Assembly: GCA_903835555.1 (NCBI GenBank)
Contig: CAILNN010000134.1
Location: 13,182 to 77,181, forward strand
From: an uncultured Verrucomicrobiota bacterium
GTDB lineage: Bacteria > Verrucomicrobiota > Verrucomicrobiia > Limisphaerales > UBA9464
Length of the DNA: 64,000 nt
Direction: 5' to 3'
The notes beneath the pieces were generated by a model. That model worked only from the letters and a program-made list of their open reading frames with translations, ran no database searches and had not been told where the DNA came from. Positions 7,163 through 15,700 of the stretch are shown here, piece after piece. Within the stretch, counting starts at the first letter, position 1; the number at the start of each line of letters is the position of its first letter. Both the position numbers and the translations under genes were made by a program.

Positions 7163-7698
7163 GGCGTTGTCACGTTGAGGAACAGGCCGCTGACTTGTAG
7201 AGCTAGGGACAATTGGCCGCCATCCCCGTCACGCGCTGTTAGCTCGATGCCGTCCACCTTTAGCGCCAGAGAATCCCGTTCGACCTCATAAAGAAATCGC
7301 GTGATGGATGCCAGATTACCCGAAGCATCCACTCGGCAATCGAGGGTCATGTAATCGTCGGCGGCATGTTTCCACTGCGGTTTGACCGAATTGACGCTGA
7401 CGCGGCTGGCTTGGGACCAATCATCAAATGCTTTCAAAACACGACCTTCCGCCGCCGACATGACGCCAGGGAGCGCGTTGGTGCGCATAGACTCCCATCG
7501 TGTTTTTAAAACTCGTTCCCGGGCAATCAACTGCTGTCCGTGGGTCACCGATTTGCGTAGGGTGGCTATTCGTTCGCTCCGGTCCTTCCAGCCGGCAATC
7601 ATTGGCGAAATGATCAGCCAGTCGCTTAGAAGCAACGCTGCACCCGCCGCCGCGACGGCAAGGAGTATTTTCTGGCGGTCTTGAGGATTGACGCTCAT
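7159..7698 (-). CDS. gspM: GspM/PilO-like inner-membrane assembly protein
   Basis: The track ORF starts on TTG at 7719. The ATG at 7698 makes an ATGA overlap with the gspL stop. Single TM segment (ILLAVAAAGAALLLSDWLIISPMIAG), then a coiled region and a C-terminal alpha/beta domain. Assignment rests on size and position after gspL. Confidence 0.5.
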   Translation of the reverse strand: MSVNPQDRQKILLAVAAAGAALLLSDWLIISPMIAGWKDRSERIATLRKSVTHGQQLIARERVLKTRWESMRTNALPGVMSAAEGRVLKAFDDWSQASRVSVNSVKPQWKHAADDYMTLDCRVDASGNLASITRFLYEVERDSLALKVDGIELTARDGDGGQLSLALQVSGLFLNVTTP

Positions 7699-9110
7699 GG
7701 CTGTGTGGACACTTCCCAATGGAAGTTGAAGCTGAATTGTAGGGGGGATTTTCCGCGTAGTTGATCGACCTGCACCTCGGTCACATCCCGGCTGGCTCTT
7801 AAGGCATCCAATACTTTAAGCAAAGCAGCCTGGTCGCGTGCTGTTCCTGAGCAGGTTACCACACCAGGGTCGTGAATTTCCAACGTCTTGGCTGTCACAC
7901 TGGAATCCTCGGGGAATGCCTCGGTAAGGCGGCGTAAGATGCGCAAGGTCTGGACTGAGTTGTCGTACCACGGACGAAATTTGCGGATATTTTGCTCGGT
8001 CTCCTCCAGTTCCCGAACGCGGGTTGAAATTTCCGACCAGCTCGTGCTCAGGCTGTGTAATTGGTACTCTTGGATGCCGATAGCGAGGAGGACGATGGCG
8101 GCTACACCACCAACGGCCGCTCCGACATAGGCTAGCTTTCGCGCCGAGTAACGAGCCGTCAGCCGCTGCCAGGCGGAGATTCGCGGGGGCAGAAATTCTA
8201 TCCGATGTGCACCAGGTGCCCAGTATTGAACCGCCACTGCACACGCCATCGCAGCGTCGGTGACGGCCCAGCATCCGGGCGTTTTGCCCTTGCTCTCAGG
8301 GGTCAATCCGGCGGAGGCCAGCAGTGGTGTTAGTTGCTCGGCAAGTGCGCGAGCGTCGGCTTCGGGACCGAGAGCGGAAAACAACTTCACTTCGGCTCGC
8401 AGAAGCGGCGGCAGTTGACCCAGGGTCACTCGTATCTCCCGCGCCAACATCGCGGGTTGCCATCGCGACTTCTCCTCGTCGGAGCGGGCTTCGGCACCCA
8501 GGCACCGCAAGCCCGCGATGCCGGACCCCGTGTCGACCAGCAAGACAATATTTTCCGCCTGCATCCAGAGTCGAATGCTGCCGCCAGTGTGTTGAGCGGC
8601 CCCCTCATTCCAAGCCAGCCCACCGACGGAAAACGAGAGTGGGTCGAGTCTCGCTTTTCGAAGCAGTGTGTCCAGCCGTTCTACGCGCGAGCGGGATACT
8701 GCCAACTGGAGGGCATAGGCCTGCCCGCCGATGGAAAAAGGGCAGCGGGAGATGATCAGTTCATCGACCGAGAACGGGAAGCCCCGCTCCGCATCCAATT
8801 CCAGAAAACTTTGCCGGTCTTCTTCAGATAAATCAGGCAATGCGGTGAGGCGGGTGAAGACCCACTCTGGAGGAAGACTGACCACGCAGCCTCGCTCGCG
8901 AATTCCCGCTGCCTCCAGTTGCTGCCGCAATTCCTGGCCAAGGACCTCCGGGTCACCGGTTTCCAGGGAGACACTGAAGGTTAAGGCCACGAAAGGCCCA
9001 CCCGGATTCCCGGAGGCCGCTTTGCGGGCCACGATTGCGTGCAAATGACCACTGTCAAACGACAGCACCACCAGCGCCTCGGCGCCCCGTCTTTGAATCC
9101 ACTGTTTCAT
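7695..9110 (-). CDS. gspL: GspL-like protein (PilM-like cytoplasmic domain, TM segment, PilN-like periplasmic domain)
   Basis: The probable start MKQWIQRRG at 9110 makes an ATGA overlap with the gspK stop. TM segment LAYVGAAVGGVAAIVLLAIGI. The C-terminal part (...ILRRLTEAFPEDSSVTAKTLEIHDPGVVTCSGTA...) resembles PilN/GspL ferredoxin-like domains. Confidence 0.6.
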   Translation of the reverse strand: MKQWIQRRGAEALVVLSFDSGHLHAIVARKAASGNPGGPFVALTFSVSLETGDPEVLGQELRQQLEAAGIRERGCVVSLPPEWVFTRLTALPDLSEEDRQSFLELDAERGFPFSVDELIISRCPFSIGGQAYALQLAVSRSRVERLDTLLRKARLDPLSFSVGGLAWNEGAAQHTGGSIRLWMQAENIVLLVDTGSGIAGLRCLGAEARSDEEKSRWQPAMLAREIRVTLGQLPPLLRAEVKLFSALGPEADARALAEQLTPLLASAGLTPESKGKTPGCWAVTDAAMACAVAVQYWAPGAHRIEFLPPRISAWQRLTARYSARKLAYVGAAVGGVAAIVLLAIGIQEYQLHSLSTSWSEISTRVRELEETEQNIRKFRPWYDNSVQTLRILRRLTEAFPEDSSVTAKTLEIHDPGVVTCSGTARDQAALLKVLDALRASRDVTEVQVDQLRGKSPLQFSFNFHWEVSTQP

Positions 9111-10453
9111 GGGATGGAAGCCAACGTCGGTAGATTTTGTCGCACCCGCCGCCCAAGCGGCCAACCGAGATGGGTAAGGTCCTGTCGAAAAACGATCGAC
9201 GGTGTCCCCGTCGACGTATCAAAAACAAATCGCTGTCGGCGAAAGCCACGTCCCGCTTTTCCAACCGCAGCAATATCCGCCGAAAACTGGTAGGTGCGCC
9301 CGGTAATATAAGGACCCGCCTGGACGGCACTGGCCTGGTCCAGAATGGAGGCAATCCACGACACCGTGGTCAATGCTCCCGCGTTTGCTTGGCGATAGGC
9401 TGCTACCGACGCGGCTTTGTCCGTGCCAATCCCAGGAATACAAGTCAGGACTGCCGTGCTGGCACTGTTGATATTGACCATACCTCGGAGGTAGGCCCCG
9501 TTGGTGATGGTTAAACTGTCTTCAATTAAGGAAAACTCGGTCGACGTGAAATTTCCACGAATGAACAGCTCGAGTGGGCTGGTGAGACGCTGCCCCACGC
9601 TTCGCATGATCTCCTGTGCTCGCGATGTGCCCAGTTGGGTTTCCAGCAGGGTCTGAAGCTGCGGGCGAAAATTGGGCGATGTCAGATTGACCCGTACCGT
9701 GCCGTCGGCATTCGTATTCGGCTGTTGGGAATAGACGGTAAAATATTCCCAAAAACCAGGGTCCAGCTTGCCGTCGCTGTTATCGTCCGGAGGCCTTGCG
9801 CTGCCATCGTTTTCATTCGGGTCCAATACCCCATTCAAATTGGAATCTTCCCCATAGAGAAAAGTCAGGGTCATCCCGTAAACCAGACGAAGTTCGTCGA
9901 CGGTTTCAAAATCACTGTTCTTGCAATGGTAGGGTGGATTCAGCCGCAGGTAGGTATCATCTTCAGCTCCACCCGTGGTCACGTCGCTATTGGTGTCGCG
10001 CCAATCGATGATGGCCGCAGCGATTTCCGGCGTCATTAGGGGCAATGCCTCGATCATGTCGATGGTTGCCGTATTCAGGTTCAGCTTGGATGCTTCATCG
10101 ATCAACGCAAAGTACGGTTCCTGAGGGGTAGGATTTTGTGGATCACGCCCAATCACCCAAAAGTGAGCATCACCAATCGCCACGCCTTCCTGTTTGTAGG
10201 TCAGGCGATCGGGAATGGTGCCGAATGTCGTGACATTCGTGGAAAGTAGATAGCCAACGTAACGAGTCGCCCCAACTAGCGCGTGATCGGACGCTAGGGC
10301 TCCGACCCGATTCTCCGACGCGCGCAGTTCCAAGACCATGGACTGTCCAAAATAAAGCCCTAATGCCACCAAACCCAGTACCACCCAGAGGGTGATGATC
10401 AAAGCCGCTGCATTCTGCCTTGGTGCCTTTCGGCTGTTGCGATTATACCTCAT
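9107..10453 (-). CDS. gspK: T2SS minor pseudopilin GspK
   Basis: 448 aa with an N-terminal hydrophobic helix lacking Glu5 (AAALIITLWVVLGLVALGL). GspK signature KLNLNTATIDMIEALPLMTPEIAAAIIDWRDTNSDVTTGGAEDDTYL...FETVDELRLVYGM. Confidence 0.85.
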   Translation of the reverse strand: MRYNRNSRKAPRQNAAALIITLWVVLGLVALGLYFGQSMVLELRASENRVGALASDHALVGATRYVGYLLSTNVTTFGTIPDRLTYKQEGVAIGDAHFWVIGRDPQNPTPQEPYFALIDEASKLNLNTATIDMIEALPLMTPEIAAAIIDWRDTNSDVTTGGAEDDTYLRLNPPYHCKNSDFETVDELRLVYGMTLTFLYGEDSNLNGVLDPNENDGSARPPDDNSDGKLDPGFWEYFTVYSQQPNTNADGTVRVNLTSPNFRPQLQTLLETQLGTSRAQEIMRSVGQRLTSPLELFIRGNFTSTEFSLIEDSLTITNGAYLRGMVNINSASTAVLTCIPGIGTDKAASVAAYRQANAGALTTVSWIASILDQASAVQAGPYITGRTYQFSADIAAVGKAGRGFRRQRFVFDTSTGTPSIVFRQDLTHLGWPLGRRVRQNLPTLASIP

Positions 10454-11223
10454 GGCTGACCTCCCGAGGTAGACGATTGATTGGTTACTGATGTCAGGAT
10501 TACCGGCGAAATCAACTGGACCACGGGTCGGGATTGACGCCCGGTGGTCCGCCGAACACCCGAAGGGGCAAGCTCTTGTTTCTTAGACAACTCAATTTCA
10601 ACTTTGATCGCCTTGGGTAGCAAGGTGACGTCGTTGGTGGAATTCCAAGTGGTTTTCCATTGTGTCCCATCGTAGTAGGTGAACTCAACCCGCTCCACTC
10701 CGCCCATGAGTCGTTGCTCTTCCGGTGTATCGGTGTTCAATGGAAGCAAGTTGCGACTGACCATACGAAACAGGTCCATCCCCGCACTACCAATTTGGTT
10801 CGTGGGCGGGCGCAGATAATAAGTGACACACTGGATATCACCCCAGGGGGCATAATCGGTTGCAATTCCGTTGCCGATATACCAGGGCGGCCCGACCTGT
10901 TTTCCTGATACCTGATTCAGACTGATCGTATCGGTCAGCAGGTTGCTGCTCAGGATTCCACCCGGTTGAACCAATCCACTCAAATCGTGCCGAATGACGT
11001 CCAGCGCGTGCTGGATTGGCAGACCCCCTTCCACAAGGGAAACGGTTCGCTCACGCAACCGAAAGGCACCGAAAAAGACGCTGGTTATCGCCGCCATGAC
11101 CAAGGACACCAGCACGATCGCCAGCAGCAGCTCGATCAGCGTGAATCCGCGCCCACCTTGCAGGATAATCGTGCGGGACCGACTTCGGCAGAGAAATGAG
11201 GAGCTATCGAGTCCTGGAGTCAT
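10450..11223 (-). CDS. gspJ: T2SS minor pseudopilin, GspJ-like
   Basis: Prepilin motif GGRG/FTLIELLLAIVLVSLV. The start MTPGLD at 11223 makes an ATGA overlap with the gspI stop. Assignment rests on size and its position between I and K. Confidence 0.65.
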   Translation of the reverse strand: MTPGLDSSSFLCRSRSRTIILQGGRGFTLIELLLAIVLVSLVMAAITSVFFGAFRLRERTVSLVEGGLPIQHALDVIRHDLSGLVQPGGILSSNLLTDTISLNQVSGKQVGPPWYIGNGIATDYAPWGDIQCVTYYLRPPTNQIGSAGMDLFRMVSRNLLPLNTDTPEEQRLMGGVERVEFTYYDGTQWKTTWNSTNDVTLLPKAIKVEIELSKKQELAPSGVRRTTGRQSRPVVQLISPVILTSVTNQSSTSGGQP

Positions 11224-11621
11224 AGCTGGGTGGTATCCACCACCGTGCACAGTCGGACGTCGTACGATTTTCCCCGGGTCAGGTAGAAGACCTGAAGGGA
11301 GAGCATTTTCAGAGAGTCCTTTTCCCAGGCTTGGGTCTTGAGCTGCCAGCGGTAGGATTCGTCACCCTCGATGGCAGTGCCATTGCCGGTTCGCTGCCAT
11401 TGGCCAGTGACCACCAATTCATTCAGAATGCGATCGGCAACCCGGAGTGCGACCGATTTTCGCTCGGCAACCTCTCCGGCCAAACTGGCGATCTGAAGGC
11501 CCCGAACCGCCACGGGAATGACGATGGCCACGACCAAGAGTGCAGCAAGTGCCTCCACCAGCGTGAATCCGGCGCGACGATTAATAACGCGCAGTGCCGG
11601 TGATGTTGGTGCGGAGGTCAT
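11220..11621 (-). CDS. gspI: T2SS minor pseudopilin, GspI-like
   Basis: The ATG at 11621 gives MTSAPTSPALRVINRRAG/FTLVEALAALLVVAIVIP. The mature part is small (~110 aa), as in GspI. The start overlaps the gspH 3' end by 41 nt. The longer track ORF (to 11765) is probably an artefact. Confidence 0.6.
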   Translation of the reverse strand: MTSAPTSPALRVINRRAGFTLVEALAALLVVAIVIPVAVRGLQIASLAGEVAERKSVALRVADRILNELVVTGQWQRTGNGTAIEGDESYRWQLKTQAWEKDSLKMLSLQVFYLTRGKSYDVRLCTVVDTTQL

Positions 11622-12210
11622 AGGTGACACGGTTGAGCGAGGGCGTGAGGTACAGCGTTCCCGCCCTGGAATTACGGTTGCCGGTCGAGGGATTCTGTTC
11701 TCGAAAGCGAATCTGCGTGGGGCTGCTGTCAGCAATAAATCCATCGGGCTGAAAACGAATGGCATAGGCTGTCCGCCCGGGCCGTAAACCAGACGTCATC
11801 GGCAAGGTCATCGGCACAGGTGCTGAATTGACACGTGCAGCATCGACTTCTAGGAAGACATCGCGGGAAAGCGGATAGGCGACCGCATGGGTGTCTTGAG
11901 CCGCATAGGTAGAGTCTTCGGCCAAGCCATAGGCCCTCTGCTGGGGATCAATCCACAAAATCATCGGTGTTCCTTCGGAGACTGCTCGTTCGCGTCCGTA
12001 GCGAATGAGTGATGAAAGACGTCGTGCCTCTCCATCGACCGATCGGCCCCGGAAGAAGTTGCCGAGAGACGGAGCCATCACGGACATCAAAATGACGAGC
12101 ATAGCCATGACCAGGATGAGCTCGATCAGCGTGAAGGCCCCGGGGTCGGAGAGCTTAGCGCTTGTTGGTTTGCCAGTTGGCGACATCATCATCTCCTCCC
12201 ACGCGTCCAT
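11581..12210 (-). CDS. gspH: T2SS minor pseudopilin, GspH/FimT-like
   Basis: Prepilin motif DPGA/FTLIELILVMAMLVILMSV, followed by GEARRLSSLIRYGRERAVSEG, typical of the GspH/FimT family. The start is ambiguous (ATGs at 12210, 12192, 12189, 12186). Confidence 0.65.
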   Translation of the reverse strand: MDAWEEMMMSPTGKPTSAKLSDPGAFTLIELILVMAMLVILMSVMAPSLGNFFRGRSVDGEARRLSSLIRYGRERAVSEGTPMILWIDPQQRAYGLAEDSTYAAQDTHAVAYPLSRDVFLEVDAARVNSAPVPMTLPMTSGLRPGRTAYAIRFQPDGFIADSSPTQIRFREQNPSTGNRNSRAGTLYLTPSLNRVTYDLRTNITGTARY

Positions 12211-12628
12211 CAGGTCCCATGGACATCAAATCATATGAAGTGGGATTGTGTTTCCCGGGGCATTCATAAATGTAGGCATTGCCCCACGGGTCGAGTGGAA
12301 TCTCACTCTTCAGATACGGTCCCTTCCAGCCGACGACGTTGCCCGGTTGCTGGACCAAATCATTCAGGCCCCCTTTTCCGGTCGGGTATCGACCGGTATC
12401 GATCTCAAAGGAGTCCAACGCGGTCCCGAAAGTGGCTATTTGTGATTCTGCGGCGGTCTTGCGCGCCTGCTCGGTTTTTCCGGCGAACCTGGGTACCACT
12501 ATGGCGGCAAGAATGCTCAAGATTACGAGCACGAGCAGCAGTTCGATCAGGGTGAATGCTCCTTTGCTGGCACCGATTCGGGGTGCTCGATGGAAGAAGT
12601 TGGTTTTCATAATGGGCGACAGCTTCAT
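12155..12628 (-). CDS. gspG: T2SS major pseudopilin GspG
   Basis: SKGA/FTLIELLLVLVILSILAAIVVPRF, plus the GspG C-terminal signature WKGPYLK...PLDPWGNAYIYECPGKHNPTSYDLMSMGPDGRVGGDDD. The start makes an ATGA overlap with the gspF stop. Confidence 0.9.
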   Translation of the reverse strand: MKLSPIMKTNFFHRAPRIGASKGAFTLIELLLVLVILSILAAIVVPRFAGKTEQARKTAAESQIATFGTALDSFEIDTGRYPTGKGGLNDLVQQPGNVVGWKGPYLKSEIPLDPWGNAYIYECPGKHNPTSYDLMSMGPDGRVGGDDDVANWQTNKR

Positions 12629-13908
12629 TTGATGTGGTCTTGAAGAGAAAAAATTGGCATTACCATGCCAATGACAATCGTGCCGATAAAGGCGGCAATG
12701 AAAAACAACATGAGCGGTTCTGCCAAGGCCACCGCCGTCTTAAGCTGGCGGTCGAGATCGCCTTCGGTGACATTGGCAATTCGCACCAACTCCCCGTCCA
12801 GACGCCCGCTCTCCTCCGCCACCGAAATCATTTCCAGGGTCGAACCTGAAAAGAGCGCTCGGGAGTCGGCCAAACTGGCACCGAGTTGTTTTCCTTCTTT
12901 CACACGATCAATCGAGTGAGAGACCGCATCGACAAGTATTTGGTTACCAATGGATCGCCGGGCTACGTTTAGGCCGTTGACCAATGGGACACCCGCTCCG
13001 AGAAGTGTCCCGAGCATGCGACAAAACCGCGCCATGGCGAATTGCGCCACCAATGGGCCTAAGACCGGTGCCTTGAGGATTGATCCCTCCCAGGCACGCC
13101 GTCCGGCGGTTGAAAGAAACCAGGTCCGCAGCGAAAACCCTCCAATTCCCAATCCAATCAGCAACAGAAAGCCATAGTGGCGCATCAACTCGCTCGTGCC
13201 GACGATGATTCGAGTCAAGAGAGGAAGTTCCGCTCCAAATCCAGCGAACATCATCTTGAATCGCGGAATGAAAAAGACCAAGAGGAAAACCAGAACGGCG
13301 AGGGCAAGAAATAGCAGAATAATCGGATAAAGGAGTGCCGCCGTGACCTTCCCTTTCATCTCTTTTTCTCGTGCCTGGAAATCGGCGATTTGGCCGAGCA
13401 CGACGTCCAAAAATCCTCCCGTTTCTCCCGCTTCGACCATGGCGACATAGACCCGCGGAAAAACCTCCGGTGACCGCGACATCGCATCGGCCAGCGTCAA
13501 ACCGTCGACGACATAATCGTGCACCTTTTTCCACTGCACAGATGCGACCGGGGATCCCGCTTCGCGGGTTAAAATCACCAACGCACGGCTGAGCGGGACT
13601 CCCGCTGAAAGCAGACTGGACAATAATCGGGTGAAATTCTCTAGCGCACGCGCCGAAACCTTCCCACTTCCACCAAACAACGGGGCAGGGGCGGTCTTGG
13701 CTGGGGGTGGAGTCGGAACTCCATTTGTCGCAGGTGCCTTCGGACGCGCCTTCTTGGGTGCCGCCGAGGCCCCATTTTCGGCCACGCGGATCGGTTTCAG
13801 TCCGCGACCTTCGATCAGGCGCATCGCTTCCACCCGGTTGGGCGCGTCAATGGTCCCTTCGGTGACTTTGCCCGAAGACTCCATGGCGCGATAGTTAAAG
13901 GTTCCCAT
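12625..13908 (-). CDS. gspF: T2SS inner-membrane platform protein GspF
   Basis: The probable start MGTFNYRAMESSGK at 13908 lies 4 nt after the gspE stop. There are two T2SSF repeats (FTRLLSSLLSAGVPLSRAL...GETGGFLD and FCRMLGTLLGAGVPLVNGL...AEESGRLD). The 67-codon 5' extension in the track overlaps gspE. Confidence 0.9.
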   Translation of the reverse strand: MGTFNYRAMESSGKVTEGTIDAPNRVEAMRLIEGRGLKPIRVAENGASAAPKKARPKAPATNGVPTPPPAKTAPAPLFGGSGKVSARALENFTRLLSSLLSAGVPLSRALVILTREAGSPVASVQWKKVHDYVVDGLTLADAMSRSPEVFPRVYVAMVEAGETGGFLDVVLGQIADFQAREKEMKGKVTAALLYPIILLFLALAVLVFLLVFFIPRFKMMFAGFGAELPLLTRIIVGTSELMRHYGFLLLIGLGIGGFSLRTWFLSTAGRRAWEGSILKAPVLGPLVAQFAMARFCRMLGTLLGAGVPLVNGLNVARRSIGNQILVDAVSHSIDRVKEGKQLGASLADSRALFSGSTLEMISVAEESGRLDGELVRIANVTEGDLDRQLKTAVALAEPLMLFFIAAFIGTIVIGMVMPIFSLQDHIK

Positions 13909-13912
13909 GGAA

Positions 13913-15655
13913 TTAGCTCGTGGGTGCTCCCGAGGTGGCAACAATTTCCGCTGCCGCATCCGCCGCGTCTTCTGCCGCTTGGTCTTTCGTGACCCGCAAC
14001 ACTTCTTCCGGGGTGGTGATTCCCTCGCGAACCAGGCGCCAGCCATCTTCCGCCAGCATGCGTACACCGCCCCGGCGTGCGGCTTCCCGAATTTCTCCGC
14101 TCGAAGCATTACGTAGCATCAATCTACGGATGCTTTGCGTACTATTCATCCATTCGAAGATGCCGCGGCGTCCGTGATAGCCGGTATTGCGGCACTCCCG
14201 GCATCCGACCGATTTGTAAAGAACTGTTTCCGGTGCGAATCCTAGTTGCTGCTTGAGTGCATGAGCCGTTGAACTGGTATCGATGGCCCGGCACTGGCTG
14301 CACAACACACGAACCAATCGCTGTGCGAGCACCGCTTCCAGTGAGGAAGCGACCAGATAGGGCTCCACGCCCATGTCCACCAATCGGGTTAACGCTCCGG
14401 GAGCATCATTGGTATGCAAGGTGGATAGCACTAAGTGACCAGTAAGCGATGCTTGAACGGCAATTTGCGCCGTTTCTCGGTCACGAATTTCGCCGATGAG
14501 TAAGACGTCGGGGTCGTGGCGTAGGATCGCGCGAAGACCGCGGGCGAAGGTTAGGCCCGATTTTTCCGAGACTTGAATCTGGTTGATCCCGCGCAACTGG
14601 TATTCGATCGGGTCTTCAATCGTAATGATCTTACGAACCGCGTCGTTGATGGCATTGAGCGCGGTATAGAGGGTCGATGTCTTGCCGCTACCGGTCGGTC
14701 CAGTGACCAAAATGATCCCGTGTGGCAAGGCCAGCACTCGTTGGAAAGAGGCCAAGTCACGCGGGTCCATACCCAGTTGCCCCATTCCTCGTAGCGTGGC
14801 ATTCTGTCGGAGCAAACGCAGCACCACAGCCTCCCCGTGAAGCATGGGGATCACCGACACACGGATATCCACTTCCGCGTCATCGAGCCGAATCTTGATA
14901 CGACCGTCCTGAGGCAAGCGCTTTTCCGCGATGTTCAGGTGGCTCAGAATCTTGACGCGGGAAACAATGGCTGGCTGAAAACGCTTAATCTGGGGCGGGA
15001 CCGGCACTTCCTGCAAAACGCCGTCGATTCGGTAACGAATCCGCAATTCGTTCTCAAACGGCTCCAGGTGGATATCGGACGCACGGAGTTCAATGGCGTC
15101 CCGTAAAATCTGATTAACGAAACGAATGATCGAGGCATCTTCCGCCGCCTCGTCCAAATTGGTGTTCTCATCGTTTTCGTCTTCGACAACCTGAAAGGAG
15201 GCTTCTTCACCTAGAGTGCCAAGCGTGTCTGCACCGACACCCAACCATTTTTTAAGTTCCCGTTGAATGGCTTCGCGGGGGGCCAGGACAGGCTGGAGAC
15301 GTAATCCGGTTACGGTCTTGAGTCCGTCCAAACCGGTCGTCGAAAATAACCGACAGGTGGCGACCTCTACTCGACCATTCTCTCGTCGCAGCGGAAGCAG
15401 CTCTTCCTTCAGCAGTATCCGAGCCGGAAATAGGGCCAGCAGGTCCTTTTCGGGTCGGATATCATCGAGCGGATTGAATGGAACAAAGTATTCCTGTGCG
15501 ACCCACTTGAGAACGCTGGCTTCGCTCTCGCCCACCGGCCCTTCACCATTTGTCCCATTGTCTGACGCCCGGCTGATCGCCGGGATATCGGCTGCCGAGA
15601 CCTGAAATTCCGCCACCATGCGATCGAGCAAGGTTTCAGCAGTGGTCTCAGCCAT
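13913..15655 (-). CDS. gspE: T2SS ATPase GspE
   Basis: 580 aa. Walker A GPTGSGKTST, Walker B/Asp box DVLLIGEIRDRETA, His box GHLVLSTLHTNDA, tetracysteine CSQC...CREC, and an N-terminal T2SSE_N-type domain. Confidence 0.95.
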   Translation of the reverse strand: MAETTAETLLDRMVAEFQVSAADIPAISRASDNGTNGEGPVGESEASVLKWVAQEYFVPFNPLDDIRPEKDLLALFPARILLKEELLPLRRENGRVEVATCRLFSTTGLDGLKTVTGLRLQPVLAPREAIQRELKKWLGVGADTLGTLGEEASFQVVEDENDENTNLDEAAEDASIIRFVNQILRDAIELRASDIHLEPFENELRIRYRIDGVLQEVPVPPQIKRFQPAIVSRVKILSHLNIAEKRLPQDGRIKIRLDDAEVDIRVSVIPMLHGEAVVLRLLRQNATLRGMGQLGMDPRDLASFQRVLALPHGIILVTGPTGSGKTSTLYTALNAINDAVRKIITIEDPIEYQLRGINQIQVSEKSGLTFARGLRAILRHDPDVLLIGEIRDRETAQIAVQASLTGHLVLSTLHTNDAPGALTRLVDMGVEPYLVASSLEAVLAQRLVRVLCSQCRAIDTSSTAHALKQQLGFAPETVLYKSVGCRECRNTGYHGRRGIFEWMNSTQSIRRLMLRNASSGEIREAARRGGVRMLAEDGWRLVREGITTPEEVLRVTKDQAAEDAADAAAEIVATSGAPTS

Positions 15656-15700
15656 GGCGATAGAATAGGGAAGGGCGAGGTGGGAGGGTTTACAAGAGAA

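Noticed and set aside
13909-14109. 67-codon N-terminal extension of gspF1 in the ORF track (MLRAEKFGKPH...). Similar extensions are given for gspE2 (to 34527), rpe (to 48624), gspI1 (to 11765) and the MFP (to 63908).
   Set aside because: The extensions overlap the upstream gene or are compositionally odd. Internal ATGs sit at operon-typical junctions and give N-termini matching the families (MGTFNYRA, MIGPES, MVIAPSLL).
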